Assembly (NCBI GenBank): GCA_965248445.1
Contig: CBDFJG010000002.1
Span: 32,001 to 96,000 of the forward strand
Source of the DNA: Planctomycetota bacterium
GTDB taxonomy: Bacteria > Planctomycetota > JAJSAM01 > JAJVHW01
DNA: 64,000 bases
Direction of reading: 5' to 3'
The notes under the pieces are model-generated. The model made no database searches and was not told the origin of the DNA. It worked only from the letters and a program-made list of their open reading frames with translations. Position numbers and translations under genes: made by a program. Positions 45,390-56,500 of this stretch are shown here, one piece after another. The first letter of the stretch is position 1, and each line of letters begins with the position of its first letter.

Positions 45390-47542
45390 CCCCTGGCCTC
45401 TGCGCGCGCGGCCACGGCGAGCCGGCGACCCTCCGCCGCCTCGGGGAGGGTGACCCTGAACAGGGCGCCGCCCAGCTTCGGTCCCCGCCCGACCGCGATC
45501 TTGCCGCCGTGGGCCAGCACGATGCGCCGACAGAGCGCAAGGCCGATGCCCGCACCCTGCTTGCGCGACGTCAGCGACTCGTCGCCGCGGTAGAACTCCT
45601 CGAACACCAGCTCCCTCTCCCGCTCGGGCACACCTGTCCCGTCGTCCTCGACCTCGAAGCACACCCGCTGCCCGGCGGCCCGTACCGCCACACGGATGCG
45701 TGCCCCGTTGTCGCCGCCGTACTTCACGGCATTGTCAAGGAGGTTGAGAAGAACCTGAATCAGGGCGTCCTTGTCCATCAGAGCCTCGGGAAGCTCCGCA
45801 GAACCGCCCTCAGGGCCCTCGACCTGGACCACGGCGCCCGCCGCGTCGGCGTGGGACTGGAAGAGCTCCGCCGCCCGGCGGACGATCTCGACGGGGTCCG
45901 TCGAGCGCAGTTCGATGGGCGCCCGGCCGCGGCTGAAGGCCGCGAACTGCAGGATCCGGTCGACGAGAGTCGAGAGCCGGTCGGCCTCCCGCGCAATCAC
46001 GTCCACGTACTCCTGGGCCTCCGCGGCGTCGCGATAGCGCCGGTCCTGGAGCGTTTCGACGAACATGCGCATGCTCGTCAACGGTGTGCGCAGTTCGTGA
46101 GAGAGGTTCGAGACGAAGTCACCCTTCATGCGGGCGAGGCGCACCTCACGCATGACTGCGCGGACCGCGAGGAGGCTCGCTGCGAGCACCGCGAGTCCGG
46201 CTCCGACGAGGATCCACAGCCAGAGCGTGCGCGCACGGTTCGTCTCCCGCGCGAGCACCGACGGATCCGTCAGCACCGCCCCCGCCGACACACCGGGGAC
46301 CGCGGGGCTGAGTGCGCGGAACGGAACGAGTTCCGCACCCTCCATCGTGCCGACGACGGCCCCGCCTCCCGGGTCGCGGACCGCGATGGTGACGCCGGCC
46401 GGCGCGTCGATGCCGTCCGTGAGCGGAGCGAGGAATGCGTCGAGAACGCGGCGCCGCGGCGCCGCGAACAAGACGGCAGCCGCTTCGTCGCGGTCGCCCG
46501 CGGGGAGCGCGATGAGCGTGGCGGAGATCGCTTCCTCTCCGTCGCCGGAGGCGAGCCAGCCGCCGCCGCGCTCGAGCGCGCCTCGCAGATCGCTGTCCTT
46601 GATCGCCGCGACACGCGCTGACGCGCGATCTCGCTCGTCGCACCGCTTGATCGCATCGTCGAGATCCCGCAGGTCCGCCACGGGCAGGTGCAGTTGCGCG
46701 ACCTTGCGCAGCTCGCCGCACGCGTCGCGCTCGACCTGGTACGCGCTCTCACTCAGCAGATGCCGCATCCGCTGTGCGCGAGTGCGCCGTTCGATCACGG
46801 CATCCACGAATGCCGACGTATCCGTGTCCGCGGAGACGATCAGCGCGTCCTCCCAGATGTCGGTGATGACGGCCGAGGCAGACGCACCGAGGGGCGCGTG
46901 ATCCGCGCGCTCGCCGCGATCGTCGAGAACGGTCCCGAACTCGGCGACCACGCGCTCGGCCAGGGCAAGGGCGCGCGCCTCGTCGTGTTGCGCGCGGGCG
47001 GCGCGCCACGCGAACCGGAGCGCGAGCGCCTGCGCGACATTGTCCTCGCTGCGCCCGGCGAGTTCCTCTCCGCGTGCGAGTGCGGCCGCAGGGTCGGAGA
47101 TCACGAGCGTCTCGAGCTCGCGCAGCGCCGTGCGTGCCGCAGGGTCGACGGCCGTGCGCGGCGCCGCCTCGAGACGCGGTGAGCGGAACTCGTGCAGCCG
47201 CGGCCCGAGCGGATCGCCAGTCCGGACGATGAACGCGTGCGTGAACGCCGGCGCTTCGACCAACGCAGCAGCAATGCGGTCGCGCAGCGGACGATCCCCC
47301 CGCTTGAGCTCGTGTTCGGCTGCGCTACGCAGATCGGCAATCCGCGTGCGTCCCGCCCGGACGACCCCGCGATCGACGATGCGCTCGGCGCGCCCGCGCA
47401 GCGCCGTCTCCAACTCCTCCCGCCGCTCGTTCGTGCTCTTGAGCCCGAAGAACGCAAGCAGCCCCACCTGCAGGAGCGCAACGCCCAGCACCACGGCGGC
47501 GACCTTGGACTCACGGGGCACGCGGGAGAGGAAGCGCTTCAT
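45386..47542 (-). CDS. Sensor histidine kinase
   Basis: Two TMs; 'SHELRTPL', 'NLLDNAVKY', 'DDGTG', 'GAGIGL'. Confidence 0.93.
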   Translation of the reverse strand: MKRFLSRVPRESKVAAVVLGVALLQVGLLAFFGLKSTNERREELETALRGRAERIVDRGVVRAGRTRIADLRSAAEHELKRGDRPLRDRIAAALVEAPAFTHAFIVRTGDPLGPRLHEFRSPRLEAAPRTAVDPAARTALRELETLVISDPAAALARGEELAGRSEDNVAQALALRFAWRAARAQHDEARALALAERVVAEFGTVLDDRGERADHAPLGASASAVITDIWEDALIVSADTDTSAFVDAVIERRTRAQRMRHLLSESAYQVERDACGELRKVAQLHLPVADLRDLDDAIKRCDERDRASARVAAIKDSDLRGALERGGGWLASGDGEEAISATLIALPAGDRDEAAAVLFAAPRRRVLDAFLAPLTDGIDAPAGVTIAVRDPGGGAVVGTMEGAELVPFRALSPAVPGVSAGAVLTDPSVLARETNRARTLWLWILVGAGLAVLAASLLAVRAVMREVRLARMKGDFVSNLSHELRTPLTSMRMFVETLQDRRYRDAAEAQEYVDVIAREADRLSTLVDRILQFAAFSRGRAPIELRSTDPVEIVRRAAELFQSHADAAGAVVQVEGPEGGSAELPEALMDKDALIQVLLNLLDNAVKYGGDNGARIRVAVRAAGQRVCFEVEDDGTGVPERERELVFEEFYRGDESLTSRKQGAGIGLALCRRIVLAHGGKIAVGRGPKLGGALFRVTLPEAAEGRRLAVAARAEARG

Positions 47543-48342
47543 GCGACCGGGCGGACCTCGCGCGCGTGCTCGGCCTTGACATGTCGCACCGTGCCGTCCA
47601 CGAGGCGGAGCAGCAAGCCGCTGCGCGCACTGACGTCCTCGACGCGGCCGCGCACCGGTTCATCGCCGTCGAGCAAGTGAACGTCGACCCCGCGGAGGCA
47701 GGAGAGCGCTCGGTAGTTCTCTTCGAGGTCGGCGCACGCCCCGGAGAGCGCCTGATCGAGACGCGGCTCGAGCGCTGTGAGCACCGCTGCGAGCACCCCG
47801 CCGCGGTCGAGCCGGCGACCGGCCACCATCGCAAGGCTGGCGGCGTTCTCACGCAGCGCGGGCGGGAGATCGGCCGGGCGGTGATTGACGTTGATGCCGA
47901 ACCCCGCGACGAGCGCCGGCCGCCGTGGATCGAACCCGCGGGACTCGACCAGCACGCCGGCGACCTTGCGGCCGTTGTGCCAGAGATCGTTCGGCCACTT
48001 GATGTCGAGGTCGAGTCCCGTGGCGGCGCGCACGCCCTCCGCGATGCCCAGACCGACGGCCGCAACCACCGTGGTCGGACTCTCGATCTCCGACGCGCCG
48101 CGCAGCACGACCGAGACGTAGAGGCCCACACCCGGCGGTGACCACCAGTCAGCCCCCAGTCGCCCGCGGCCCCGAGTCTGACGATCCGCGACGACGAGCG
48201 AGCCGTGGCCGGCGCCCTCGGCCAGCAACCGCAGCGCCTCGTCGTTGGTGCTCGGTGTCGTGTCGAGCACCTGCGCAGTGGATCCGATCCACGCGCAGGA
48301 GGTCCGGACCGCCTCGACAGCCGCGCTGAGATCCGAGGTCAT
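47539..48342 (-). CDS. birA: Biotin-protein ligase (no HTH)
   Basis: 'STND', 'QTRGRGR', 'IKWPNDL', 'KVAGVL', 'GFGINV'. Confidence 0.93.
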   Translation of the reverse strand: MTSDLSAAVEAVRTSCAWIGSTAQVLDTTPSTNDEALRLLAEGAGHGSLVVADRQTRGRGRLGADWWSPPGVGLYVSVVLRGASEIESPTTVVAAVGLGIAEGVRAATGLDLDIKWPNDLWHNGRKVAGVLVESRGFDPRRPALVAGFGINVNHRPADLPPALRENAASLAMVAGRRLDRGGVLAAVLTALEPRLDQALSGACADLEENYRALSCLRGVDVHLLDGDEPVRGRVEDVSARSGLLLRLVDGTVRHVKAEHAREVRPVA

Positions 48343-49256
48343 CGCTGCGCGTCCCCGTCCCCGTTGCTGTCGGGCACGATCTTCATGTTGATATCGAGTG
48401 AGCGGGCGGAGTGCGTCAGCGCGCCGACCGAGATGCGGTCCACGCCGGACTCGGCGAACGCGCGCACCGTCTCGAGCGTGATGCCGCCGGACGCTTCGAG
48501 CGCGGGCCGCGAACCGTCGTCCGCACCATCGCGAATGCGCACGGCCTCGGCGCAACGCGCGGGCGTGAAGTTGTCGAGAAGGACGACGTCGATCCCAGGG
48601 GCGAGCGCGGCGCGCAGTTCGTCGTGGTCGGTGACCTCGACACCGACCGGCACGCCGGGCGCGTCCTCGCCGGTCAGACGGCGCACCAGGTCGGCCATCG
48701 ACGTCGCGTCCCCCGCTCGCTGCATCGCACGCAGGTGGTTCTCCTTCACCAGCACCCGATCGGCAAGCGAGAGGCGGTGCATGTCGCCGCCGCCGGCACG
48801 GACCGCGAGCACATCCAGATCGCGTAGCCCGGGGTTCGTCTTGCGCGTGGCGAGGATCACCGCACGAGTTTCCCGCACGGCGTCGACGTACTGCGCCGTC
48901 AGGGTCGCGATCCCGCTCATCCGCTGGACGACGTTCAGGGCGGTGCGCTCGCCCGCGAGGAGCGAGCGGCAACGACCCGTGACGAACGCCACGACGTCGC
49001 CGACGTCGAGATGCACGCCGTCCTCGGCCCGAGCTTCGAAGCCGATCTCCGGATCGATCGCCATGAGCACCTGCCGGGCGATGCCAAGCCCGGCCAGGAC
49101 CCCGGCCTCTTTCGCGCGGATCGCGGCCGTGCCGGTGACCTGCGGATCGACGAGCGCCGCGGCCGTGCAGTCTTCGTCCGCACGATCCTCGGCCAGCCAC
49201 GCGGCAATGCGCGTGGGCAGGTCCAGCGGATCCAACTCTCTCGGGGCCCCGTCCAT
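48339..49256 (-). CDS. nadC: Quinolinate phosphoribosyltransferase
   Basis: 'GERTALN..QRMSGIAT', 'TRKT.PGLR', 'HR..L.D..LVKENH', 'LLDN', 'EASGGI', 'ISVGALTHS'. Confidence 0.95.
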   Translation of the reverse strand: MDGAPRELDPLDLPTRIAAWLAEDRADEDCTAAALVDPQVTGTAAIRAKEAGVLAGLGIARQVLMAIDPEIGFEARAEDGVHLDVGDVVAFVTGRCRSLLAGERTALNVVQRMSGIATLTAQYVDAVRETRAVILATRKTNPGLRDLDVLAVRAGGGDMHRLSLADRVLVKENHLRAMQRAGDATSMADLVRRLTGEDAPGVPVGVEVTDHDELRAALAPGIDVVLLDNFTPARCAEAVRIRDGADDGSRPALEASGGITLETVRAFAESGVDRISVGALTHSARSLDINMKIVPDSNGDGDAQR

Positions 49257-49302
49257 GGTGCCGATGATGGCCGCTCCCGGTCGCGGTTCGGCAGCGTTTC
49301 CG

Positions 49303-49692
49303 TCACCGCGGGGTCTCCTCGGCAGCCTCGCTCTCGCTGTCGGCCACGGGTATGCGGACGTGCGGACGCGCACGAACCATGAGCTTGGGACCGATGCCGT
49401 GGACGCGCAGGAGGTCCTCTGCCGAGAGAAACGGCGCCCGCCCGCGCTCCGCGGCGATGCGGCCCGCGAGCACCCGACCCACGCCGGGGAGTGTCTGGAG
49501 ATCCGCGTCCGTGGCGGTGTTCGGGTCGAGCACCAGCGGCTCGAAGCGCGGGATGAAGACGCCCTTCTCCTCGCAGGCGGCCGGCAGGTTGGTGACGAGG
49601 ACCACCATCACGATCAGGAGCGCCGCGACGACGTCCCCGATCCGCTCCGAGGGCGGTGACGCGGCGTCACGGGGCAGCGAGGAGGACGGCAT
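49303..49692 (-). CDS. ComEA-like helix-hairpin-helix protein
   Basis: 'DPNTAT..DLQTLPGVG..LA.RI...R...F...EDL.RV.GIG'. Start uncertain. Confidence 0.8.
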   Translation of the reverse strand: MPSSSLPRDAASPPSERIGDVVAALLIVMVVLVTNLPAACEEKGVFIPRFEPLVLDPNTATDADLQTLPGVGRVLAGRIAAERGRAPFLSAEDLLRVHGIGPKLMVRARPHVRIPVADSESEAAEETPR

Positions 49693-49901
49693 CGGCACCG
49701 TTGAGGACGGTCGGGACCCCCGGGGGGTCGCACCGTGGGTCGCAAGTTGGGTCGCAACGTGTAGTTCGACGCCCACCGTGTGACCGAACCGTCCGTTCGT
49801 GCGTGCTCCTCTCGTGCGCGCGTCCCCCAGTTGGGGTGGGCGGGCGTATGGCGGGTGGGAGTGGCGACCGGTTGCCGGGGCGGCGAGGATGTCCGTCCGT
49901 G

Positions 49902-50735
49902 ATGCGTCTCACCCTTCCGATCGCGCTCCTGCTGCTCGCAGGCGGCGGTGCGCTCGGGCAGCAGTCGGATGCGCTCCGCGACACGCCCCGTCCGCCGCCC
50001 GGTGCGGCCAGCCTCCTGGGCGGTCTCTCGTCCCTCGCGGTGCACGCCGCGTGGCTCCGGGCCGATGCGGCGATCGCACGCAACGACGCGGCGGGCGCGC
50101 TCGTGCAGCTCGACATGATCAGACGGCTCGAGCCGCAACTCGTCGGCGGCGCGGACCTCATCGCGGACCGCATCGGCGGCACGCTGGCTGGAGACGAGCC
50201 GGATCCCGCGCGACGGTACGGGCTCGCCCGCGCTGGTCTCGACGTCCACGACAGCGCGGTCGAGCACAACCCCGGCCTCGCGACGCCGCTCGCGAACCGC
50301 GGTTGGTACTACCTGCTGCGCATCGCCGGCGACGCCGACCGCGCACGCCGCTTCGTGGAGGAAGAGAAGCGGACCCCGCACGCCGCCGCGCTCGAGGACT
50401 TCCGCGCGGCGATCTCGATGTCCCCCGACGACCTCGATGCGCTGGACGGAGCGGCCATCGCCGCGTTCTACGACGCGATCGGCGCCCTACGGGACGGCGA
50501 CGTCGGGACCGCGAGCGCGCTGATCCTCGAGTCCGCGCAGCTGCACGACCGGGGCCTCACGCTCTACCGCCGAGAGGGCGTCGCCCCCGAGAGCAAGGTG
50601 TTCAACTCCCGGGCCGCCCGCGGGCTCGCCTCGGTGCTCTCAGCGCCTCCGGCGGAGCACGGCCGGCGGTATCGCGACTACTACGAGGAGTTCGGCGGTT
50701 CCGACGGCATCCCGGGTCTGCCGCCGCCTCGCTGA
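49902..50735 (+). CDS. Exported helical/TPR-like hypothetical protein
   Basis: Signal peptide; 'LLGGL..LA...AWLRAD'; helical repeats. Confidence 0.55.
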   Translation: MRLTLPIALLLLAGGGALGQQSDALRDTPRPPPGAASLLGGLSSLAVHAAWLRADAAIARNDAAGALVQLDMIRRLEPQLVGGADLIADRIGGTLAGDEPDPARRYGLARAGLDVHDSAVEHNPGLATPLANRGWYYLLRIAGDADRARRFVEEEKRTPHAAALEDFRAAISMSPDDLDALDGAAIAAFYDAIGALRDGDVGTASALILESAQLHDRGLTLYRREGVAPESKVFNSRAARGLASVLSAPPAEHGRRYRDYYEEFGGSDGIPGLPPPR

Positions 50736-50922
50736 CCCTGAGTCGGGCGTCCGCTGCCCCGGCAGCCCTCAAAAATGAGCCCGCCGCCCCCTCGGCGGCT
50801 ACCTTCCGCGGATTCGACGCCGATCCGCGGTCCCCGGGGCCACGGCACGGCTGTCCCGGACGTGGAAGGAGGGCGGAGTGGACTCGGTAGTCGATTCCTT
50901 CGCCCGGCTCCTGGAGGAAGAG

Positions 50923-53097
50923 ATGAACACGTGGCTCCTCGCCTCTCTCGGTGTGGGCGTGCTCGCGCTGGTCTTCAGCTTTATGCTGCAACTGCGCATC
51001 AAGGGCATGGACGCAGGCAACGAGCTCATGCGCAAGATCGCCGACGCGATCCAGAGCGGAGCGATGGCGTACCTGCGCACGCAGTACACCATCCTCGCGG
51101 GCTTCGCGGTCGTGATGGCAATCGTGCTGTTCACGTTCCTCGACGACGACAAGACACCCGGCCGCAACGAGGGACTCGTCACGGCCATGTGCTTCCTCGT
51201 GGGCTGCCTGTGCTCGGGCCTCGCCGGGTTCCTCGGCATGCGCACGGCGACCACCGCCAACGTACGGACGACCCAGGCGGCGGCCACGACCGGCCTCGGC
51301 GCCGCACTGCGCGCAGCGTTCAGCTCGGGCGCTGTGATGGGCTTCATGGTCGTCGGCTTCGGAATCATCGGCATCACGTCGCTCTACCTCTGGCAGGGCG
51401 GCGGAGACGGCACCGGACTCACGGCGATCGGTGACCCGAACCTCGTGTTCGGGTTCTCGCTCGGCGCCTCGTCGATCGCGCTGTTCGCGCGCGTCGGCGG
51501 CGGCATCTTCACGAAGGCGGCCGACGTCGGCGCCGACCTGGTCGGCAAGGTCGAAGCCGGCATCCCCGAGGACGACGCGCGCAACCCGGCGTCGATCGCG
51601 GACAGCGTCGGCGACAACGTCGGCGACGTCGCCGGAATGGGCGCAGACCTCTTCGAGTCGTACGTCGGCGCCGCGCTGGCCGCCATGGCACTCGGCTACA
51701 TGACGCTGCACAGCCTGAGCCCGGAGATGAAAGCGGTCTTCGAGGACCTGCCGCTCGGTTTCGGGACGATCATCGTCTACCCGATCGTGCTCTGCGCCGC
51801 CGGCACGCTCGCCTCGATGGCGGGCTTCTTCTTCGTCAAGACCGACAACGAGCGCCGGATCATTCCGGCGCTGTTCCGCGGCCTGACGGTCGGCTCAGTC
51901 CTGTTCGCGGCCGCGGCCGTCGGCCTCACGTTCTACTTCGACCTGTTCGGCAAGGACGTCACCGCGGCGCTCACCCACGCCAACCCCGAGGACTGGCGGT
52001 ACACCGGTCCGGGCGGCGTGCTGTGGGCGATCCTGGCGGGACTCGTGATGGGCGTCGCCGTCGGCCGCGTCACCGAGTACTACACATCGGAGCAGAAGCC
52101 CCACGCGCGGGAGATCGCTCGGCAGAGCGAAACCGGCGCGGCGACCAACATCATCCACGGCCTCGCGGTCGGCATGCAGTCGACGGCCTGGCCGACACTC
52201 ATGATCGTCGGCGCCATCGGCATCGCGTACTACTGCAGCGGGATCTACGGCATCGCCATTGCGGCGGTCGGCATGCTCTCGACGCTCGGCATCTCGCTGG
52301 CCGTCGACGCGTACGGCCCGGTGGCCGACAACGCGGGCGGCATCGCCGAGATGGCGCACCTGCCGCCGGAGGTGCGCAACCGCACCGACGCGCTCGACGC
52401 CGCGGGCAATACGACCGCCGCCATCGGCAAGGGCTTCGCGATCGGGTCGGCGGCGCTGACCGCTCTCGCGCTGTTCACCACGTTCAAGCAACAGGCCGGC
52501 CTGGCGTACGCGGCCGAGGGCCGAGTGTTCTCGCTCGACATCGGCAACGTGCAGGTCACGATGGGCATCCTCCTCGGCTCGATGCTGCCGTTCCTGTTCT
52601 CGTCGTTCGCGATGAAGGCGGTCGGCAACGCCGCCGGGAAGATGGTCGAAGAGGTGCGACGTCAGTTCCGCGAGATCAAGGGACTGATGGAGGGCGAGGC
52701 CGAGCCCGACTATGAGCGATGCGTCGCCATCGCCACCAAGGGCGCTCTGCAGCAGATGGTGCTGCCCGGCCTCCTGGCCGTCGCCGCACCGATCGCAACG
52801 GGCCTTCTCCTGGGTCCCGAGGGACTGGGCGGGCTGCTCGTCGGCGCGGTCGGCAGCGGCGTCATGATGGCGATTTTCCAGTCCAACGCGGGCGGCGCGT
52901 GGGACAACGCGAAGAAGTACATCGAGAGCGGTGTGCACGGCGGCAAGGGCAGCGACGCCCACAAGGCCGCGGTCACCGGCGACACCGTCGGCGACCCGTT
53001 CAAGGACACGGCCGGCCCGAGCATCAACATCCTCGTGAAGCTGATGAGCGTGGTCGCGGTGATCTTCCTGCCGCTCTTCCTGAAGTCCATCTCATGA
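50923..53097 (+). CDS. hppA: Membrane-bound ion-translocating pyrophosphatase (K+-dependent type)
   Basis: '[40 protein letters not shown]', 'GNTTAAIGK', '[11 protein letters not shown]'; GGAGG RBS. Confidence 0.96.
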   Translation: MNTWLLASLGVGVLALVFSFMLQLRIKGMDAGNELMRKIADAIQSGAMAYLRTQYTILAGFAVVMAIVLFTFLDDDKTPGRNEGLVTAMCFLVGCLCSGLAGFLGMRTATTANVRTTQAAATTGLGAALRAAFSSGAVMGFMVVGFGIIGITSLYLWQGGGDGTGLTAIGDPNLVFGFSLGASSIALFARVGGGIFTKAADVGADLVGKVEAGIPEDDARNPASIADSVGDNVGDVAGMGADLFESYVGAALAAMALGYMTLHSLSPEMKAVFEDLPLGFGTIIVYPIVLCAAGTLASMAGFFFVKTDNERRIIPALFRGLTVGSVLFAAAAVGLTFYFDLFGKDVTAALTHANPEDWRYTGPGGVLWAILAGLVMGVAVGRVTEYYTSEQKPHAREIARQSETGAATNIIHGLAVGMQSTAWPTLMIVGAIGIAYYCSGIYGIAIAAVGMLSTLGISLAVDAYGPVADNAGGIAEMAHLPPEVRNRTDALDAAGNTTAAIGKGFAIGSAALTALALFTTFKQQAGLAYAAEGRVFSLDIGNVQVTMGILLGSMLPFLFSSFAMKAVGNAAGKMVEEVRRQFREIKGLMEGEAEPDYERCVAIATKGALQQMVLPGLLAVAAPIATGLLLGPEGLGGLLVGAVGSGVMMAIFQSNAGGAWDNAKKYIESGVHGGKGSDAHKAAVTGDTVGDPFKDTAGPSINILVKLMSVVAVIFLPLFLKSIS

Positions 53098-53534
53098 CCG
53101 ACCGCGCAGAACCGACGACCCAGCCCGAAACGGAGACGCAGTCCGACCGCATCAGCGGCCGGGAGCTCGCCGTCATGATCGCCCGGCTCGCGGACGAGAA
53201 GCAGGGCCGCAAAATCGTGGTGCTCGACGTCGAGGAGGCGCTGCAGGTCACCGACTACTTCGTGATCGTCGAGGGCCGCAACCGGCGGCATCTCGGTGCC
53301 ATCGCCGAGTCGGTCGCCGCCGAGCTCAAGAAGGACGGCATCTACCGCATGCACGGCACGAAGTTCAACGACGAGCACTGGGTCGTCCTCGACTTCGGTC
53401 CCGTCGTCCTGCACTCGATGAGCAGCGACGCCCGCGAGTTCTACGACCTCGAGAACCTCTGGGGCGACTGCGACGAGATCGAGTGGCAGGCCGCGCCCGA
53501 CGCGGCGCCCGTGGATCAGCCAGAGGCACCGTAG
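53094..53534 (+). CDS. rsfS: Ribosome silencing factor
   Basis: 'IVVLDV', 'DYFVI', 'WVVLDFG.VVLH', '[10 protein letters not shown]'. Confidence 0.93.
   Translation: MTDRAEPTTQPETETQSDRISGRELAVMIARLADEKQGRKIVVLDVEEALQVTDYFVIVEGRNRRHLGAIAESVAAELKKDGIYRMHGTKFNDEHWVVLDFGPVVLHSMSSDAREFYDLENLWGDCDEIEWQAAPDAAPVDQPEAP
53450..53486 (+). repeat. 37-bp direct repeat copy 1 (within rsfS 3' end; att-like)
   Basis: CGAGAACCTCTGGGGCGACTGCGACGAGATCGAGTGG; 36/37 identical to 57615-57651. Confidence 0.9.
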
Positions 53535-53552
53535 GGGCGGACGCAGCCGAAG

Positions 53553-56500
53553 TCAGTCCTGCGCCGGGACGACGATGCGCACGTCGCGGTCTCCGACCGC
53601 GGCATTGACCCGGTGCTCGCGCTGCTTGTGAGGCTCGCGCGGGTTCACCTGCGGCTCGATCTCCCATCCGGTCGCCGGGTCGAGTCCGGTCATCTCGAAG
53701 CGTCCCGCATCGTCGCTGGTGGTGTGCGGAACGGTGCGCCACGTGCTCTTCGTCGACCGCGGGTGGAAGTACATCCGCATCCCGGCGACCGGCGCACCGT
53801 GTGTGTCGACGACCACTCCTTGCAGGCGCCCTTCGACCGTCGTCCTGACCAGGATTCCGCTCGCACCGCCGTCTGCGGACACGGCCTCCCTGAGCCGGCG
53901 CCACCTCCCGCCCACAGCGCCGGCCGGCTTGATCTCGTAGGAGCCCTCCTCGAGGTCACGGAACGCGAACGTCCCGTCCTCACCGGATGCCACGGAGTAC
54001 GACGAGAGCTGGCCGAAGCCCCCGACCCGCCTGGCATTCAGACTCAGGCCGCCGAGGGGCGCGCCCACGTCATCGACGACACGCCCCGCGAGCGTCTCCC
54101 CGGGGGTCAGTACGAGTTCGTGCTCGGTCTCGCCCGGAGAGATACCTCGGAAGACGCGCGTGGTGCGCGGCTCCGAGTACGCCGTCACACGCACGGCATA
54201 CGAGGGGTCCGCCATGTCGGGGATCCGAATCCGCCCGTCGCCGCCGGTGAAGTTCTGGAATCCGCCGTGGAAACCGCCCTCGGGATGCCACCGCACGGCG
54301 CCCTGTGCGACCGGTGAGCCGTCCGGATAGACCACGTGCAGACGCAGGGACGCGCGCCGGGGATCGTCCAAACGCAGGTCGAGTCCCTCTGCGCCGGCGT
54401 CAAACGGACCGAACGACGTCCCCTTCGCGCTGATCGCCCCGAAGTAGTCGGCGACGTCGGCGGCGCGGAACACGGTCAGCTTGCACGCGCCCTCCGGAAT
54501 CCCGTGGACGGAGAAACGCCCGTCGCTGCCGGTGAGAGCCTCGCGCGGGCGGCCTGGCATCGCACCACCCGCGCTCGGCGTCGAGTAGACGACCAGGCCG
54601 CCCCCGTCCCGCGTCACACCAGGGACGGCGATCACCGTGGCGCCGATGAGGGGCGACCCATCGACGTCGCGGACATGTCCCGACAGCCGCAGCGCACGCC
54701 GCACTCGGACTTCGACCGGATCGAACGATGACGACACCTTCGCGACTCCCTCGATGGTTGCGGCGCTCTCCGCGGAGACCCAGAGGGGTCCCGGGCCGGT
54801 CAGCGTGCACCGGAACCGCCCGTCGTCATCGGTCACGGCGACGATGGGGTCGTTCTGCCACTGGTCCTTCCGGCGCACCCCGCGGATGACGATCGGCTGC
54901 GTGCGAAGGAGGTAGACGCTCGCGCCGACCACGGGCCGACCGGTGGCCTCGACGATGACCCGCCCGGTCAGTTCGTGGCTGTCTCCGATCTCGGCCGGTG
55001 GTTCGCGCTGCTCGACGCGCACGACAATCGGATCCTCGAGACCCGCGGGCGGGACGTCGAGCCGGACGGCCCCAGTCGCAGTCTCGTCCGCTGTCGTGGC
55101 GGAGATCACACGCTTCTTGCCGGGACGCACGTGATCCAGGATGAACGCGCCCCCCGCATCGGTTCGCACGCCGCCGCCGAGCGCGCCCGAGTACGTGTTC
55201 GTGACGACGACGACGGCATCCACGACCGGCACGCCCGCCTCGTCCACGACGCTGCCACGGACGGGTCCGCCAGGAACGACGGCGAGATCGCGTGCGATCT
55301 CGCCGGACTCGGGAATCTCGACGATGAACTCCCCCGGCACGTCGCCCTTCTTCAGCGCTCGACCGACGTTCTCATCGAGGCCCGGCTGATAGAAACCGGG
55401 GTGTCGGACCTCGAGTGCCACGGGACCCGGAAGGTCCGGCGGGAAGCGGAAGCTCCCGTCGTCGTCCGATGTCGTCGACGCCCAGTTCTGGCCGAGGCGC
55501 GACGTGGCCCGCCAGCGCCAGATCTGCACGCCCGCAAGCGTTCCGTCGGGCCCCGTCACCGTGCCTGTGATCACGCCGCCGCGGATCAGCACGGCGTCGA
55601 CCGTCGTGGTATCGCCGGGGAGGATCATCGCCATGCGGCGCGTCGACCCGCCGCGACCCGGCTCGACGAGCTCGGAGCGTTCGATTCGCGGCCACAACTG
55701 CACGCGCTCGTCTGAGAGCACTCGAAACCTGGTAATCCGGCCCTGCGGAACGTCGATGAACTCGTAGCGCCCCTGCTCATCCGTCGTCGCGGTGGTGACG
55801 GTGTTCAGCACGCCGCTGACCTCGATACTCACGACCTCGCTGGCGAGCCCCGCTCCATCCTCGTCGGCAACGCGGCCGACGAGGCGTCCGGTCGGGGGCA
55901 GCGTCAAGTCGATGCTCGTGATGTCGGGAATCCGCACGACGGCAAGCTTGGTCCCCGGACCGTCTCGGCGATCGACCCGGAGCCCGACGTCGCCGAACGG
56001 GAGTCCGTCCAGGCTGAAGTGGCCGTCCGCGTTCGTACGCGTGCGGCTGGGTGCCGCGATCGCGGCTCCGATCTCCGCGTTCACGAGCACGTCCGGGACG
56101 GGCGAGCCGAGCGCGTCGAGCACACGTCCGTCCAGCGTTGCGAGCGGAGTCACGACGACCGTCGCACGTGCCTCCGACGCGCCGGGATAGGTCGACACGA
56201 ACGCGGACCGGTGCGTGCCCATCTCCGCGTCCGCAACGACGATGCGCCAGGACCCGCTGCGCACGTCCTCGAGCACGGCGTCACCGTGCGCACTCGAGCG
56301 CGAGAGCCGCGTCTCGACGACATCCTCATCCCACGCCGACATGCCGCGCAGGTAGCTGTCGACGTGCGCGCGCTCACCGGGCGACCGCCACAGAAGCGCG
56401 GTGACAGGCGCGCCCTCGACCACGTCGCCGCGCATGTCCTCGACGTGGACGAGCAGTCGCGTGCCGCCTGCGATCCAGATCGTCCCGAGATCGTCAGATG

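Noticed and set aside
50736..50922. Riboswitch upstream of hppA
   Set aside because: GC stems are present but I cannot match any known aptamer consensus by eye; this needs an Infernal scan.
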